Below, piece by piece: positions 61,701 to 64,000 of a DNA stretch of 64,000 bases (its first letter is position 1; each line of letters opens with the position of its first letter). The notes beneath the pieces were generated by a model. That model saw only the letters and a list, made by a program, of their open reading frames with translations, was not told the origin of the DNA and did no database searches. Both the position numbers and the translations under genes were made by a program. Origin of the DNA: Nemertoderma westbladi (Eukaryota > Animalia > Xenacoelomorpha); NCBI GenBank assembly GCA_032718475.1, contig JAUCBJ010000375.1, positions 1 to 64,000 on the forward strand. The letters are read 5' to 3'.

Positions 61701-64000
61701 GTGTAAGGCACAGCACATACACCCATTAAAATAAATTAAGGCCCTCCCTTGTAAGGCTCAGCACATACACCCATTAATATAAATTAAGGCCCTCCCTTGT
61801 AAGGCTCAGCACATACACCCATTAAAATAAATTAAGGCCCTCCCTTGTAAGGCTCAGCACATACACCCATTAAAATAAATTAAGGCCCTCCCTTGTAAGG
61901 CACAGCACATACACCCATTAAAATAAATTAAGGCCTGCCCGTGTAAGGCTCAGCACATACACCCATTAAAATAAATTAAGTCCTGCCCGTGTAAGGCTCA
62001 GCACATACACCCATTAAAATAAATTAAGGCCTGCCCATGTAAGGCTCAGCACATACACCCATTAAAATAAATTAAGGCCCTCCCTTGTAAGGCTCAGCAC
62101 ATACACCCATTAAAATAAATTAAGGCCCTCCCTTGTAAGGCTCAGCACATACACCCATTAATATAAATTAAGGCCCTCCCTTGTAAGGCTCAGCACATAC
62201 ACCCATTAAAATAAATTAAGGCCCTCCCTTGTAAGGCTCAGCACATACACCCATTAAAATAAATTAAGTCCTGCCCGTGTAAGGCTCAGCACATACACCC
62301 ATTAAAATAAATTAAGGCCCTCCCTTGTAAGGCTCAGCACATACACCCATTAAAATAAATTAAGTCCTGCCCGTGTAAGGCACAGCACATACACCCATTA
62401 AAATAAATTAAGGCCCTCCCTTGTAAGGCTCAGCACATACACCCATTAAAATAAATTAAGGCCCTCCCTTGTAAGGCTCAGCACATACACCCATTAAAAT
62501 AAATTAAGTCCTGCCCGTGTAAGGCTCAGCACATACACCCATTAAAATAAATTAAGGCCTGCCCGTGTAAGGCTCAGCACATACACCCATTAAAATAAAT
62601 TAAGGCCTGCCCGTGTAAGGCTCAGCACATACACCCATTAAAATAAATTAAGGCCCTCCCTTGTAAGGCTCAGCACATACACCCATTAAAATAAATTAAG
62701 GCCCTCCCTTGTAAGGCTCAGCACATACACCCATTAAAATAAATTAAGTCCTGCCCGTGTAAGGCACAGCACATACACCCATTAAAATAAATTAAGGCCC
62801 TCCCTTGTAAGGCTCAGCACATACACCCATTAAAATAAATTAAGGCCCTCCCTTGTAAGGCTCAGCACATACACCCATTAAAATAAATTAAGTCCTGCCC
62901 GTGTAAGGCACAGCACATACACCCATTAAAATAAATTAAGGCCCTCCCTTGTAAGGCTCAGCACATACACCCATTAAAATAAATTAAGGCCCTCCCTTGT
63001 AAGGCTCAGCACATACACCCATTAATATAAATTAAGGCCCTCCCTTGTAAGGCTCAGCACATACACCCATTAAAATAAATTAAGGCCTGCCCGTGTAAGG
63101 CTCAGCACATACACCCATTAAAATAAATTAAGGCCTGCCCGTGTAAGGCTCAGCACATACACCCATTAATATAAATTAAGGCCCTCCCTTGTAAGGCTCA
63201 GCACATACACCCATTAAAATAAATTAAGTCCTGCCCATGTAAGGCTCAGCACATACATCCATTAAAATAAATTAAGTCCTGCCCGTGTAAGGCTCAGCAG
63301 ATACACCCATTAATATAAATTAAGGCCTGTCCCTGTAAGGCACAGCACATACACCCATTAATATAAATTAAGTCCTGCCCGTGTAAGGCTCAGCACATAC
63401 ACCCATTAATATAAATTAAGGCCTGTCCCTGTAAGGCACAGCACATACACCCATTAAAATAAATTAAGGCCCTCCCTTGTAAGGCTCAGCACATACACCC
63501 ATTAATATAAATTAAGGCCTGTCCCTGTAAGGCACAGCACATACACCCATTAATATAAATTAAGTCCTGCCCGTGTAAGGCTCAGCACATACACCCATTA
63601 AAATAAATTAAGTCCTGCCCATGTAAGGCACAGCACATACACCCATTAAAATAAATTAAGGCCCTCCCTTGTAAGGCTCAGCACATACACCCATTAATAT
63701 AAATTAAGGCCCTCCCTTGTAAGGCTCAGCACATACACCCATTAAAATAAATTAAGGCCTGCCCGTGTAAGGCACAGCACATACACCCATTAAAATAAAT
63801 TAAGGCCCTCCCTTGTAAGGCTCAGCACATACACCCATTAAAATAAATTAAGGCCTGCCCGTGTAAGGCTCAGCACATACACCCATTAAAATAAATTAAG
63901 TCCTGCCCGTGTAAGGCACAGCACATACACCCATTAAAATAAATTAAGGCCCTCCCTTGTAAGGCTCAGCACATACACCCATTAAAATAAATTAAGTCCT
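16735..64000 (+). repeat. 48-bp tandem satellite array, >47 kb, continuing past the window end
   Basis: Consensus CAGCACATACACCCATTAAAATAAATTAAG(TCCTGCCCG/GCCCTCCCT)TGTAAGGCT, head to tail, roughly 980 units. Occasional 47-, 49- and 52-bp units. No inversion or foreign insertion noticed. Confidence 0.99.

Noticed and set aside
16735-64000. CRISPR-like array
   Set aside because: No unique spacers: the whole 48-bp unit repeats with a few recurrent variants. No cas genes, and the context is eukaryotic.

Overview
Eukaryotic (most likely invertebrate animal) genomic DNA, not prokaryotic. About 16.7 kb of nested, mostly decayed mobile-element sequence is followed by a ~47.3 kb, same-orientation 48-bp tandem satellite (~16735 to the window end, roughly 980 units). 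The unique part contains: a Ty3/Gypsy-type gag N-terminus with PBS and LTR at the left edge; a second putative LTR/PBS followed by a disrupted orphan ORF; a 279-bp TIR MITE; a 3-kb Academ-like DNA transposon derivative with >1 kb inverted arms rich in RFX X-box-like motifs; a 5'-truncated RTE-like LINE inserted with a 10-bp TSD into an older LINE; one coding exon of a glutamine synthetase (GSII) ending at a splice donor; and the 5' half of an RTE-like LINE with a densely structured leader, cut off by the satellite at a CAGCAC microhomology. Best leads: the modular structured RNA leader of the LINE, the GS exon whose remaining exons would lie beyond >49 kb of LINE plus satellite, and the layered variant structure of the satellite. 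All calls come from reading and hand-translating the sequence; no database searches were run.
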